Source: Bacteroidota bacterium
GTDB lineage: Bacteria; Bacteroidota; Bacteroidia; Chitinophagales; Chitinophagaceae
Assembly (NCBI GenBank): GCA_005883765.1
Contig: VBAQ01000155.1
Location: forward strand, 2,512 to 26,511
DNA length: 24,000 nucleotides
Direction: 5' to 3'
Position numbers and translations under genes: made by a program. Positions 8,167 through 15,816 of this stretch are shown piece by piece; position 1 is the stretch's first letter; each line of letters starts with the position of its first letter. The notes beneath the pieces were generated by a model. That model made no database searches. It had not been told where the DNA came from and saw nothing but the letters and a program-made list of their open reading frames with translations.

Positions 8167-10275
8167 TCAAGTTTTCAAATGATATCCCTTTGGTTTTGTA
8201 AAGGCACGCAGACCTGCATGTGAAAGTGTAACACCAAAACCAGAATGTTTTCTTCCGCTCCACGGCAAAGCTGCGCTCACACGATCGCAGCAATTCCAGT
8301 AACCCGTTCCGACGTCTATTCGGTTTAAAATATTTTCTGCCTTTGTTTTATCTGCACTATAAACCGAAGCAGTTAAACCATATTCGGTATCCTTCATTAA
8401 CTCTATTGCTTGCTCTTCATCTCTCACTTTCATAATGCCGATAACCGGACCGAATGATTCATCTTTCATCACACTCATTTCGTGGTTCACATCGACCAGG
8501 ACGGTGGGCTCAAAAAAATATCCCTGCCCGACCGCGTCATTCAGGCGGGCTTTGCTTTTTATTTTTTTTCCACCAGTCAAGATCTTTGCTCCTTTGCTCA
8601 GTGCATCTGCAACCTGGCTCTCTAAAACCCTAAGTTGTTCCTTTCTGCTCAAGGGTCCGATATAAACTCCATTTTCGGTTGGCGGCCCGATCTTCCATGA
8701 CTTCACTTCTTTTACAAATTCATTCAGGTATCGATCGTAAACTTTTTCATGCACATAGATCCTTTCGACGGCACAGCAACTCTGACCGTTGTTGTAAAAA
8801 GCTCCATCCGCAGTAGCAGCAGCAACTGCTTTTATATCCTCTATGTCATCGGCTATATACAAAGGATCTTTCCCACCTAACTCGCATTGGCAAGGGATCA
8901 TCTTTGATGCAAGTTTTTCATAAATATGTTTCCCCGTTTTGTAAGAGCCGGTAAAAAAATACCCGTCGAAGGGAATTTCTAGTAACAACTCGCCAACCCT
9001 TCCCGGCCCGACTGCAATCTGGAAAACATTATTGGGAACACCCGCCTCCTTTAAGAATTTTTCTATTTGTAATCCAGTGAGTGCAGAATGCTCGGAAGCC
9101 TTGTACATCACGGCGTTTCCAGCAAGCAAGGCTGGCACAAAAACGTTTATACCGACGAGATAAGGATAATTCCAGGCAGAGATATTGCAGACCACACCCA
9201 GCGGTTCGTAAGAGATTTTTTCTTCCATGCCATCCCCACTGCTCATGGTCTCATCGCGCAAATATTTTTCTGCGTTATCGGTCAGCCATTTTATCCTTGA
9301 CCTGCCACCTTTTATTTCATTGCGTGATTGTTGCAACGGTTTTCCTACTTCTGAGGTTAGAACCGAAGCAAGTTGTTCAATATGTGTTTCCAAAAGGTCG
9401 GAGAATTTTTTGAGCACTTGCACTCTTTCCGCAAGCGATGATTGATACCAGTCGCGCCGCGCCGATCGCAACAAGTCAAATTTTCTTTGCAGACTGTCCG
9501 CAGTGTCTTCATTTAGCTCCGCAATTACTTGTTCAGTTGCAGGGTTGGTAATCAGAAGTTTTTTCATAGTTGTTTCCCTTACAGCCGCTAGAAATTGTTT
9601 TTTTATATTTTCCGAAAACGGATTTTCTTCTTTGTCTTTCATTCTTTCAGGGTGCCATTGAATACAAAGCATGAAAGCCTTACCGGTTTTGTTTTTGAAC
9701 TCAAGACCCTCAATGATGGTTTCATCGTCATCGTCATAGGCGTTTACCAGCAGATTGTCGCCAATTGCATTGGGATCAATTGCCTGGTGATGTGCGCTGT
9801 TTACATTGCCGGAAACAGAACCTGCGATTTGATGAAGTAACGTATTTCTCCCGGTAGCAATTGAGTGTTCTTTGTCTGACTCTTCTTTCCTGTGTCTTGC
9901 ATTGCCATTGTCAAGGTCTTGTATGAGCTTTCCTCCTTCCAATACATTTATCAATTGCATTCCGCGACAAATTCCCAGGACGGGTAATTTATTTAACTGC
10001 GAATAGCGATAGATCTTTTCTTCAAAATGATCACGTTCCGGCTGCAGAGACGAGGGTTTGTTATTATAAATAGTTTTTCCGTTGTAAAAAGAGGGATGAA
10101 CATCGACACCGCCTGTAAGTACAAAGCCGCCACATTGATAGATATCCTCGATATTATTTTTTTCAAAATTGAGTTCAACCAGTTCTATATCTTTTTGCAG
10201 ATCTTCTGCAGTGAACCAGTTCCAATAATTCTGAAATGAGGTTTTTGTAAAGCTGATACCAATTCTTTTCTTCAT
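8167..10275 (-). CDS. Fusion protein: class I glutamine amidotransferase / gamma-glutamyl hydrolase (PuuD-like) + NAD(P)-dependent aldehyde dehydrogenase (PuuC-like)
   Basis: 702 aa. Residues 1-236: 'LTGGVDVHP', 'GICRGMQLIN' (Cys nucleophile), 'QWHPE' (catalytic His). Residues 237-702: 'ISAWNYPY', 'CELGGKDP', 'NNGQSCCAVERIYV' (catalytic Cys), 'DESFGPV'. An internal Met (ATG at 9565-9567) sits exactly at the domain junction. Confidence 0.9.
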   Translation of the reverse strand: MKKRIGISFTKTSFQNYWNWFTAEDLQKDIELVELNFEKNNIEDIYQCGGFVLTGGVDVHPSFYNGKTIYNNKPSSLQPERDHFEEKIYRYSQLNKLPVLGICRGMQLINVLEGGKLIQDLDNGNARHRKEESDKEHSIATGRNTLLHQIAGSVSGNVNSAHHQAIDPNAIGDNLLVNAYDDDDETIIEGLEFKNKTGKAFMLCIQWHPERMKDKEENPFSENIKKQFLAAVRETTMKKLLITNPATEQVIAELNEDTADSLQRKFDLLRSARRDWYQSSLAERVQVLKKFSDLLETHIEQLASVLTSEVGKPLQQSRNEIKGGRSRIKWLTDNAEKYLRDETMSSGDGMEEKISYEPLGVVCNISAWNYPYLVGINVFVPALLAGNAVMYKASEHSALTGLQIEKFLKEAGVPNNVFQIAVGPGRVGELLLEIPFDGYFFTGSYKTGKHIYEKLASKMIPCQCELGGKDPLYIADDIEDIKAVAAATADGAFYNNGQSCCAVERIYVHEKVYDRYLNEFVKEVKSWKIGPPTENGVYIGPLSRKEQLRVLESQVADALSKGAKILTGGKKIKSKARLNDAVGQGYFFEPTVLVDVNHEMSVMKDESFGPVIGIMKVRDEEQAIELMKDTEYGLTASVYSADKTKAENILNRIDVGTGYWNCCDRVSAALPWSGRKHSGFGVTLSHAGLRAFTKPKGYHLKT

Positions 10276-10278
10276 GCG

Positions 10279-11427
10279 CTAAAGTGCTTTGCTATACAAA
10301 TTTCTGAAATCTTCGCGGCTCACTGGTTTTGGATTATTTGGATGGGCAAAATCAGCAATGGCAAGATCGGCCAGCGTTTCGATATGCTCCTGTTTTACGC
10401 CAATGTCCCGAAGTTTATGCGGTATGTTAATTTTTGAATTCAAATCAAATAGATATTTGACTACTGCTTGACCAGTCTCCTCATTCAATTCCAGCGTTCG
10501 TGCGATCCGTTTGAATTTGTCTTCGCATCCGTTGATATTAAATTCCATTCCGTACGGGATATTCACCGCATTCGCCAGTCCATGATGTGTATCCAGCAGC
10601 GATGATAAAGGATGTGCCAGTGAATGCACCACGCCCAGGCCTTTTTGAAAGGCAACCGCACCCATCAAAGATGCGATCAGCATTTTACTCCTTGACTCGA
10701 GATTGGGTTTGTTCACTGCTTTTACCAGTGATTCATTGATCAGTGAAATTCCCTCGAGGGCAATTCCTTCACATAATGGGTGAGGCATCTTTGCCAGGAA
10801 TGCTTCCATGTTATGTGTCAGAGCATCCATGCCTGTGGCTGCGGTTATAAATGCGGGAAGTTCCATTGTCAGTAACGGATCGGCAAAAACGATTTTAGCT
10901 AGCAGTTTGGGCGAAAAAAGAATTCTTTTCTGGTGTGTCCCATCGTCAGCAATAATGGCGCTGCGTCCCACTTCACTGCCGGTTCCTGCCGTAGTGGGTA
11001 TGGTAATGAAATGGGGCACGTCATTGGTCACATACACATCGCCCCCAATCAGATCATCATATTTGAAAAGGTCTTCCCTGTGATTTATTCGCAACGCGAT
11101 CGCTCTTGCGACATCCAGGGCAGCACCGCCACCAATTCCAATGATCGAGTCTCTTTGATTATTGTCGTACACATCGGTACCCTTGTACACGTCTGACTTA
11201 ACCGGGTTTTTATGGAGGTCAAAAAATATTTCTGCCGAAATGTTTTTCTTTTTCAGATCGTTGACGATGTACTTAAAAAAGTCGAGTTGGGCAATATTTG
11301 CATCGGTAACTAATAGAGGCCTTGATAAATTATTTTTTGCCAGGTAATCGCCTAATTCATTACTTGATCCGGCACCAAAGCGAATTGTCGTTGGAAAATT
11401 GTATTGATAGATCTTGTCGAATTTCAT
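10279..11427 (-). CDS. Iron-containing (group III) alcohol dehydrogenase
   Basis: 382 aa. 'GIGGGAALDVARAIAL', 'TIPTTAGTGSEV', 'TGMDALTHNMEAFL' and 'HSLAHPLSSLLDTHHGLANA' (metal ligands). Confidence 0.9.
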   Translation of the reverse strand: MKFDKIYQYNFPTTIRFGAGSSNELGDYLAKNNLSRPLLVTDANIAQLDFFKYIVNDLKKKNISAEIFFDLHKNPVKSDVYKGTDVYDNNQRDSIIGIGGGAALDVARAIALRINHREDLFKYDDLIGGDVYVTNDVPHFITIPTTAGTGSEVGRSAIIADDGTHQKRILFSPKLLAKIVFADPLLTMELPAFITAATGMDALTHNMEAFLAKMPHPLCEGIALEGISLINESLVKAVNKPNLESRSKMLIASLMGAVAFQKGLGVVHSLAHPLSSLLDTHHGLANAVNIPYGMEFNINGCEDKFKRIARTLELNEETGQAVVKYLFDLNSKINIPHKLRDIGVKQEHIETLADLAIADFAHPNNPKPVSREDFRNLYSKAL

Positions 11428-11471
11428 GATTTACGGACTGTATTATGAACCTTATTTTTCCCAGTCGCCCT

Positions 11472-12029
11472 AACCTTAGTAGAAAAATGGATACTTAGCG
11501 TCATTAGCTTATTACCTTATTTTGACCGTTTTTGGGCGGTGTAACGTATTTTGATAAAATCTCAAAAACTCCTCATACTCTTCTGCGAAACTTATTTTAC
11601 GATGATGTTCCGGCTGATTAAGTATGTATTTACAGACCCGATCAACATCTGATTTTGATACAGAAAAGGCAGATGCAGTTTCTTGCCAGGCAAATCGACT
11701 GTTGCACAGCTTATTTTGATTTATGAATTTTTGAGAACTTTCTGCAACTGTGGAGGCAAGATTTTCTTCTGATATTTTGGGAGAGCGGGATACGAGGAAG
11801 TGGACATGCTCAGGATTTGCATAAATGGCATATAATTTAGAATCATTATTATTCACTACGCCAGTAATATATTTTTCAATTCTTTCGCGATGGTTCTCTA
11901 AAATAAGAGGTAAGCGATGCAGTGTTGTAAATATAAAATGAGTATATAAATTGTTGTATTCTATTTTCATTACAAATGAGAATAAGGTAATAAGGTTGAA
12001 TCAAGGTACAATTTTTTTCTACTAAGGTT
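11472..12029. mobile_element. Small IS200/IS605-like insertion element, about 558 bp, with matched inverted ends (boundaries +/- 1-2 nt)
   Basis: Y1 transposase gene bounded by AACCTTAGTAGAAAAA (about 11473-11488) and its reverse complement TTTTTCTACTAAGGTT (12014-12029). Inner pair ATTACCTTATT / AATAAGGTAAT lies next to each end of the ORF. Confidence 0.7.
11512..11970 (-). CDS. IS200/IS605-family (Y1, HUH) transposase
   Basis: 152 aa. 'YTHFIFTTLHRLPLI', HUH motif 'NPEHVHFLV', 'FAWQETASAFSVSKSDVDRVCKYILNQPEHHRK' with the candidate catalytic Tyr. Confidence 0.88.
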   Translation of the reverse strand: MKIEYNNLYTHFIFTTLHRLPLILENHRERIEKYITGVVNNNDSKLYAIYANPEHVHFLVSRSPKISEENLASTVAESSQKFINQNKLCNSRFAWQETASAFSVSKSDVDRVCKYILNQPEHHRKISFAEEYEEFLRFYQNTLHRPKTVKIR

Positions 12030-12094
12030 GACCAAAAAAAATTTTAACAAAATCTCTTTTTCTAAATTAATATTGCTTGACCTAGTCGTGATCT

Positions 12095-13453
12095 CTAAAT
12101 AATCTCGAAATACCTTTTGTACTCCCAATCGGTTACAGCTTTCAGGTGCTGTCTCCATTCCCATTCTCTTGTTTGTGTGAAATGTTCAACAAATTTTTCT
12201 CCGAAAAGTTCTTTCGCAATTTTTGAAGTTTTCATTTGTCGGGTTGCTTCAATGAGTGTGGAGGGAAGAACACCATTGGAATCATCTTGGTAGCCATTTC
12301 CCGAGGTGGGCGGTTGTTTTAGCTTCAATTTATTTTTAATTCCGTACAAGCCTGAGGCCAGGCAACCTGCCATGGCGAGATAAGGATTTACATCGGAACC
12401 GATCACCCGTGTTTCGAGTCGACAAGATTTGCTGCTATTTGCGAGCACCCTCAATGCAACTGTCCTGTTATCCATTCCCCAGGTGAGTGTAGTAGGCGCC
12501 CATGCACCCTGGACCAATCTTTTATAGCTATTTATATTTGGAGCAAACAGGGGCAGTATTTCAGGCAAGCAATATAACTGGCCGGCGAGATAATTTTTTG
12601 TCAGCTCGCTCATTCTGAATTTATCCTTTTCATTATAAAAAAGATTTTTTTTTCCTGCTTTGTCCCATAAGCTTTGATGAACGTGGCCACCACAACCCGG
12701 GAGACCTTCATTGATCTTGGCCATAAAGGTTGCGATGATTCCATGCCTGTACGCAATTTCTTTCACGGCTGTTTTGAAAAGTACAGCTCTATCGGCGGCT
12801 TCTAACACATCTGAATAAGTGATGGCGGCCTCATATGTGCCGGGACCCGTTTCAGTGTGTAATCCCTCTAATGGCACATTGAATTTTTTCAGCCAGTCAA
12901 AGAGGTTGGTGAAGTAAGGATTCTCGGAAGAGCTGCGGAGAATTGAGTATCCAAACATCCCCGGAGTAAGCGGTGTAAGATTTTTGAACTGCTTATCATT
13001 AGCCGTTTGTGGAGTTTCTGCAAAATTGTACCATTCAAACTCCTGCGAGAAAAAAGGAGAGAAGCCTTGCCTGGTTGCTTCATTCATTATTTTTTTCAGC
13101 AATTGTCTTGGACAAACCTGGGAAGGATCACCTTTTTCATCTGTGAGCTCACCAAGGAAGAACGGCACATCATTTTCCCAGGGAATTTTTCTGAAAGTAT
13201 TTATATCTAACACGCCCGGGCTATCAGGATAACCGGTATGCCATCCTGTGAATTGGACATTATCATATACCACGTCGCCTGTATCCCACCCAAAAATCAC
13301 ATTGCAAAAACCTAAGCCATTTTCAATGGCGGAAGAAAATTTCTCAGCAGAAATATATTTGCCTCTCAATATCCCGTCAATATCGCTGAACGCGATCTTG
13401 ACTTTTCCGGAAGGATGGTCTTTCACATATTGGATAATTTCTTTTGTTGTCAT
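12095..13453 (-). CDS. Glutamine synthetase-family protein, PuuA/GlnA3/GlnA4-like (probable gamma-glutamyl-amine ligase)
   Basis: 452 aa. 'IAFSDIDGILRGKYIS', 'SQEFEWYNF', 'ETGPGTYEAAI', 'GCGGHVHQSL' and 'NSSKSCRLETRVIGSDVNPYLAMAGCLASG' match the PuuA-type GS family. Confidence 0.85.
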   Translation of the reverse strand: MTTKEIIQYVKDHPSGKVKIAFSDIDGILRGKYISAEKFSSAIENGLGFCNVIFGWDTGDVVYDNVQFTGWHTGYPDSPGVLDINTFRKIPWENDVPFFLGELTDEKGDPSQVCPRQLLKKIMNEATRQGFSPFFSQEFEWYNFAETPQTANDKQFKNLTPLTPGMFGYSILRSSSENPYFTNLFDWLKKFNVPLEGLHTETGPGTYEAAITYSDVLEAADRAVLFKTAVKEIAYRHGIIATFMAKINEGLPGCGGHVHQSLWDKAGKKNLFYNEKDKFRMSELTKNYLAGQLYCLPEILPLFAPNINSYKRLVQGAWAPTTLTWGMDNRTVALRVLANSSKSCRLETRVIGSDVNPYLAMAGCLASGLYGIKNKLKLKQPPTSGNGYQDDSNGVLPSTLIEATRQMKTSKIAKELFGEKFVEHFTQTREWEWRQHLKAVTDWEYKRYFEII

Positions 13454-13531
13454 CTTGATGTTTAAAAATAAAAAGTACTAATTATTTAGATTCTTTTCCC
13501 GCAAATTTTTGATTGAACGCTGGACTCGTGA

Positions 13532-13613
13532 TTAAGTCCGAAGGACTTTAACCTGCCTGCCGGGAAGCAAGTATCATTGACGGTGAGCGTAGCGCACGGG
13601 AAGTAAAGCGAAG
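13532..13613. repeat. Degenerate copy preceding the tandem array
   Basis: AAGTCC-GAA-GGACTT hairpin (13534-13548), then CGGTGAGCGTAGCGCACGGG and GAAGTAAAGCGAAGAATGCCAC, which align in order with the two-hairpin array unit. Confidence 0.6.
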
Positions 13614-14192
13614 AATGCCACAACCCCGAAGGGGTTGAATATCGGTAACCGTGAGTGTAAACTCACGCGAGGAGAAATAACGAATGGCACAATCCCGAAG
13701 GGGTTGAATATCGGTAACCGTGAGTGTAAACTCACACGAGGAGAAATAACGAATGGCACAACCCCGAGGGGGTTGAATATCGGTAACCGTGAGTGTAAAC
13801 TCACACGAGGAAAAATAACGAATGGCACAGTCCCGAAGGGGTTGAATATCGGTAACCGTGAGTGTAAACTCACAGAAGGGAAGTGAAGAATGGCACAACC
13901 CCAAAGGGGTTGAATATCGTTAACCGTGAGTGTAAACTCACGCGAGGAGAAATAACGAATGGCACAATCCCGAAGGGGTTGAATATTGGTAACCATGAGT
14001 GTAAACTCACGGAAGGGAAGTGAGGAAGGCCACAACCCCGAAGGGGTTGAATATCGTTAACCGTGAGTGTAAACTCACGCGAGGAGAAATAACGAATGGC
14101 ACAACCCCGAAGGGGTTGAATATCGGTAACCGTGAGTGTAAACTCACGGAAGGGAAGTGAGGAAGGCCACAACCCCGAAGGGGTTGAATATT
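13614..14192. repeat. Tandem array of nine 'AACCCCGAAGGGGTTGAATAT' hairpins on a 68/69-bp period, alternating with a second hairpin (CGTGAGT-GTAA-ACTCACG)
   Basis: 'GGGGTT' occurs at 13631, 13700, 13769, 13838, 13906, 13975, 14043, 14112 and 14180 (spacings 69,69,69,68,69,68,69,68), counted directly from the sequence. Confidence 0.93.
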
Positions 14193-14225
14193 GCTACAAC
14201 ACAATGAACCGTTCGGGTCATGCCT

Positions 14226-14278
14226 GATTAGCCTCTGATAAGATCAGAGGCTAATCACAGTAAAGCCCTTGGGGCTTT
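14226..14278 (-). terminator. Paired hairpins downstream of the permease gene, candidate terminator
   Basis: Perfect 13-bp stem GATTAGCCTCTGA-TAAGA-TCAGAGGCTAATC (14226-14256), and AAAGCCC-TTG-GGGCTTT (14262-14278) just 3' of the 14302 stop on the minus strand. Confidence 0.55.
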
Positions 14279-14301
14279 CACCTCCATTCAGCTTCAAACT
14301 A

Positions 14302-15609
14302 TTATTTCGCAAATAATTTAAAAGCAATGAAGCCAATGCCAAGAATTAAAAAATAAATCACTGCCAATTTAAAATTATAAACCGTCATTGCAACAAACGA
14401 AAAAGCAGCAATGAACAATGCAGCCACCGGAAATAAAGGATACATCGGCACTTTGAAAGGACGTTCCAATTGTGGTTCTTTTTTTCTGAGCCGCAACAAG
14501 GCGATCATCGACACAATATATAACGTAAGTGCTCCAAATACCGAGATGGTAATGATCTCTGCTGTTTTACCTGTCAGCAGGGCGATGATGCCGATCACCA
14601 TATTTACCAGCAGTGCATTGGATGGTGTTTGAAATCTCGGATGAATAGTTGCTAAAAAAGGCGGGGCAAATCTTACTCTTCCAAATTCAAAAGTTGCTCT
14701 CCCTGCCGCGAGTATGATGCCATGAAAAGAAGCGATCAAGCCGAACAGCCCTATGGTTATGAGCAAATGATACATCATGTTGTCGCTACCAACGACATGA
14801 CTCAGCGCCAAAGGCAGCGGAGAATCGGAAGTACTGCCGTCAGTTTTATAAACGATGGCTTCCCATCCCGCCACGCCGACCGAGCTAATGAAAACAAGTA
14901 TGCACAAAACCACCAGTGTTGCAATGGCCGAACCGAAACCAAGCAGCATCGTTCGCTGAGGGTGAATAGCCTCTTCGGCTACATTCGCGACTCCTTCAAT
15001 GGCCAGGAAAAACCAGATAGCAAATGGAGTTGCAGCGAAGGCGCCGGCCCATCCGTGAGGAAAAGCGTTGTGTTGTAAATTTTTTAATTCAAAATGAGGA
15101 ATCGTGATGCCAGTAAACAATAGCAACTCCCCCACAGCCAGCATAGTGATGACCAATTCAAACACGGCGGCCGCTTTTACACCGTAAATATTCAACGCCG
15201 TAAAAACGACATAACTGAAAATGGCGATGGCCAATATCGGTATTTGCGGAAAAAATAAATTGAAGTAGGCGCCGATAGCAAAGGCGATGGCGGGCGGTGC
15301 AAAAATGAATTCTATATTTTGTGCCATGCCGGCAATGAATCCCCAATCTTTCCCAAGTGCCCGGTTCGCATAATCAAAACCTCCGCCGGCTTTGGGTATA
15401 GCGCAGGCCAGTTCTGTGTAGCTGAATGTGAAAGTGACGTAGAGAATAATGATAAAAAATGTGGCGATGGCGAGGCCCAATGTTCCTCCTTGTTCCAGTC
15501 CAAGATTCCAGCCGAAGTACATTCCGGAGATCACATAACCCACACCAAGGCCCCAAAGCATCAGCGGAGTGAGTGTTCTTTTTAATTCATTTGTGGGAGT
15601 TACTGACAA
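14302..15609 (-). CDS. Ethanolamine permease-like APC transporter (EAT family)
   Basis: 435 aa. 'LGVGYVISGMYFGWNLGLEQGGTLGLAIAT', 'AKAGGGFDYANRALGKDWGFIAGMAQNIEFIFAPPAIAFAIGAYF'-type region (sequence reads AIPKAGGGFDYANRALGK...) is characteristic of the ethanolamine permease subfamily. Confidence 0.83.
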   Translation of the reverse strand: MSVTPTNELKRTLTPLMLWGLGVGYVISGMYFGWNLGLEQGGTLGLAIATFFIIILYVTFTFSYTELACAIPKAGGGFDYANRALGKDWGFIAGMAQNIEFIFAPPAIAFAIGAYFNLFFPQIPILAIAIFSYVVFTALNIYGVKAAAVFELVITMLAVGELLLFTGITIPHFELKNLQHNAFPHGWAGAFAATPFAIWFFLAIEGVANVAEEAIHPQRTMLLGFGSAIATLVVLCILVFISSVGVAGWEAIVYKTDGSTSDSPLPLALSHVVGSDNMMYHLLITIGLFGLIASFHGIILAAGRATFEFGRVRFAPPFLATIHPRFQTPSNALLVNMVIGIIALLTGKTAEIITISVFGALTLYIVSMIALLRLRKKEPQLERPFKVPMYPLFPVAALFIAAFSFVAMTVYNFKLAVIYFLILGIGFIAFKLFAK

Positions 15610-15661
15610 GTGAAGATGTTGGTTGTTTTTAAATTGTTATTATTATGTGCCGAGCCGCACT

Positions 15662-15693
15662 GCTACTATTAGTCTTTCGTTGCGTCGCACTCT
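15662..15693 (-). repeat. Dispersed inverted repeat, copy 1 (AGAGTGCGACGCAACGAAAGACTAATAGTAGC on the minus strand)
   Basis: Reverse complement matches 16955-16988 closely; located 3' of the histidine kinase. Confidence 0.8.
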
Positions 15694-15816
15694 TGTACGT
15701 TCTTAAGCCTGGTCAACACCCGGTCTGGATTGGCATTTTACGTCGTCGGTGCTTAAATAATTTGGTTGCTGGTGAGGCCCGCACGCAGGCTTCGGCGCAA
15801 CACCAACAACTGCACC

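Noticed and set aside
13614-14192. CRISPR array
   Set aside because: Whole 68/69-bp unit is repeated, with no variable spacers between short direct repeats, and no cas genes in the window.
11472-14192. Claim that the transposase ends and the array hairpins are the same repeat
   Set aside because: AACCTTAGTAGAAAAA and AACCCCGAAGGGGTT share only a short AACC start; no alignment supports identity, so the link is kept only as a hypothesis.
13548-14204. ORFs of 118, 153, 83, 100 and 65 aa (HSRLPIFNPFG... repeats) as genes
   Set aside because: They are translations of the tandem array; 69 bp is 23 codons so frames stay open by chance, and 68-bp units shift them. Both strands are open, typical of a repeat artefact.
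8167-15609. Canonical putrescine Puu pathway
   Set aside because: No PuuB-type oxidase or PuuE aminotransferase is visible in the cluster; the Fe-ADH and EAT permease fit an amino alcohol better, though putrescine is not excluded.
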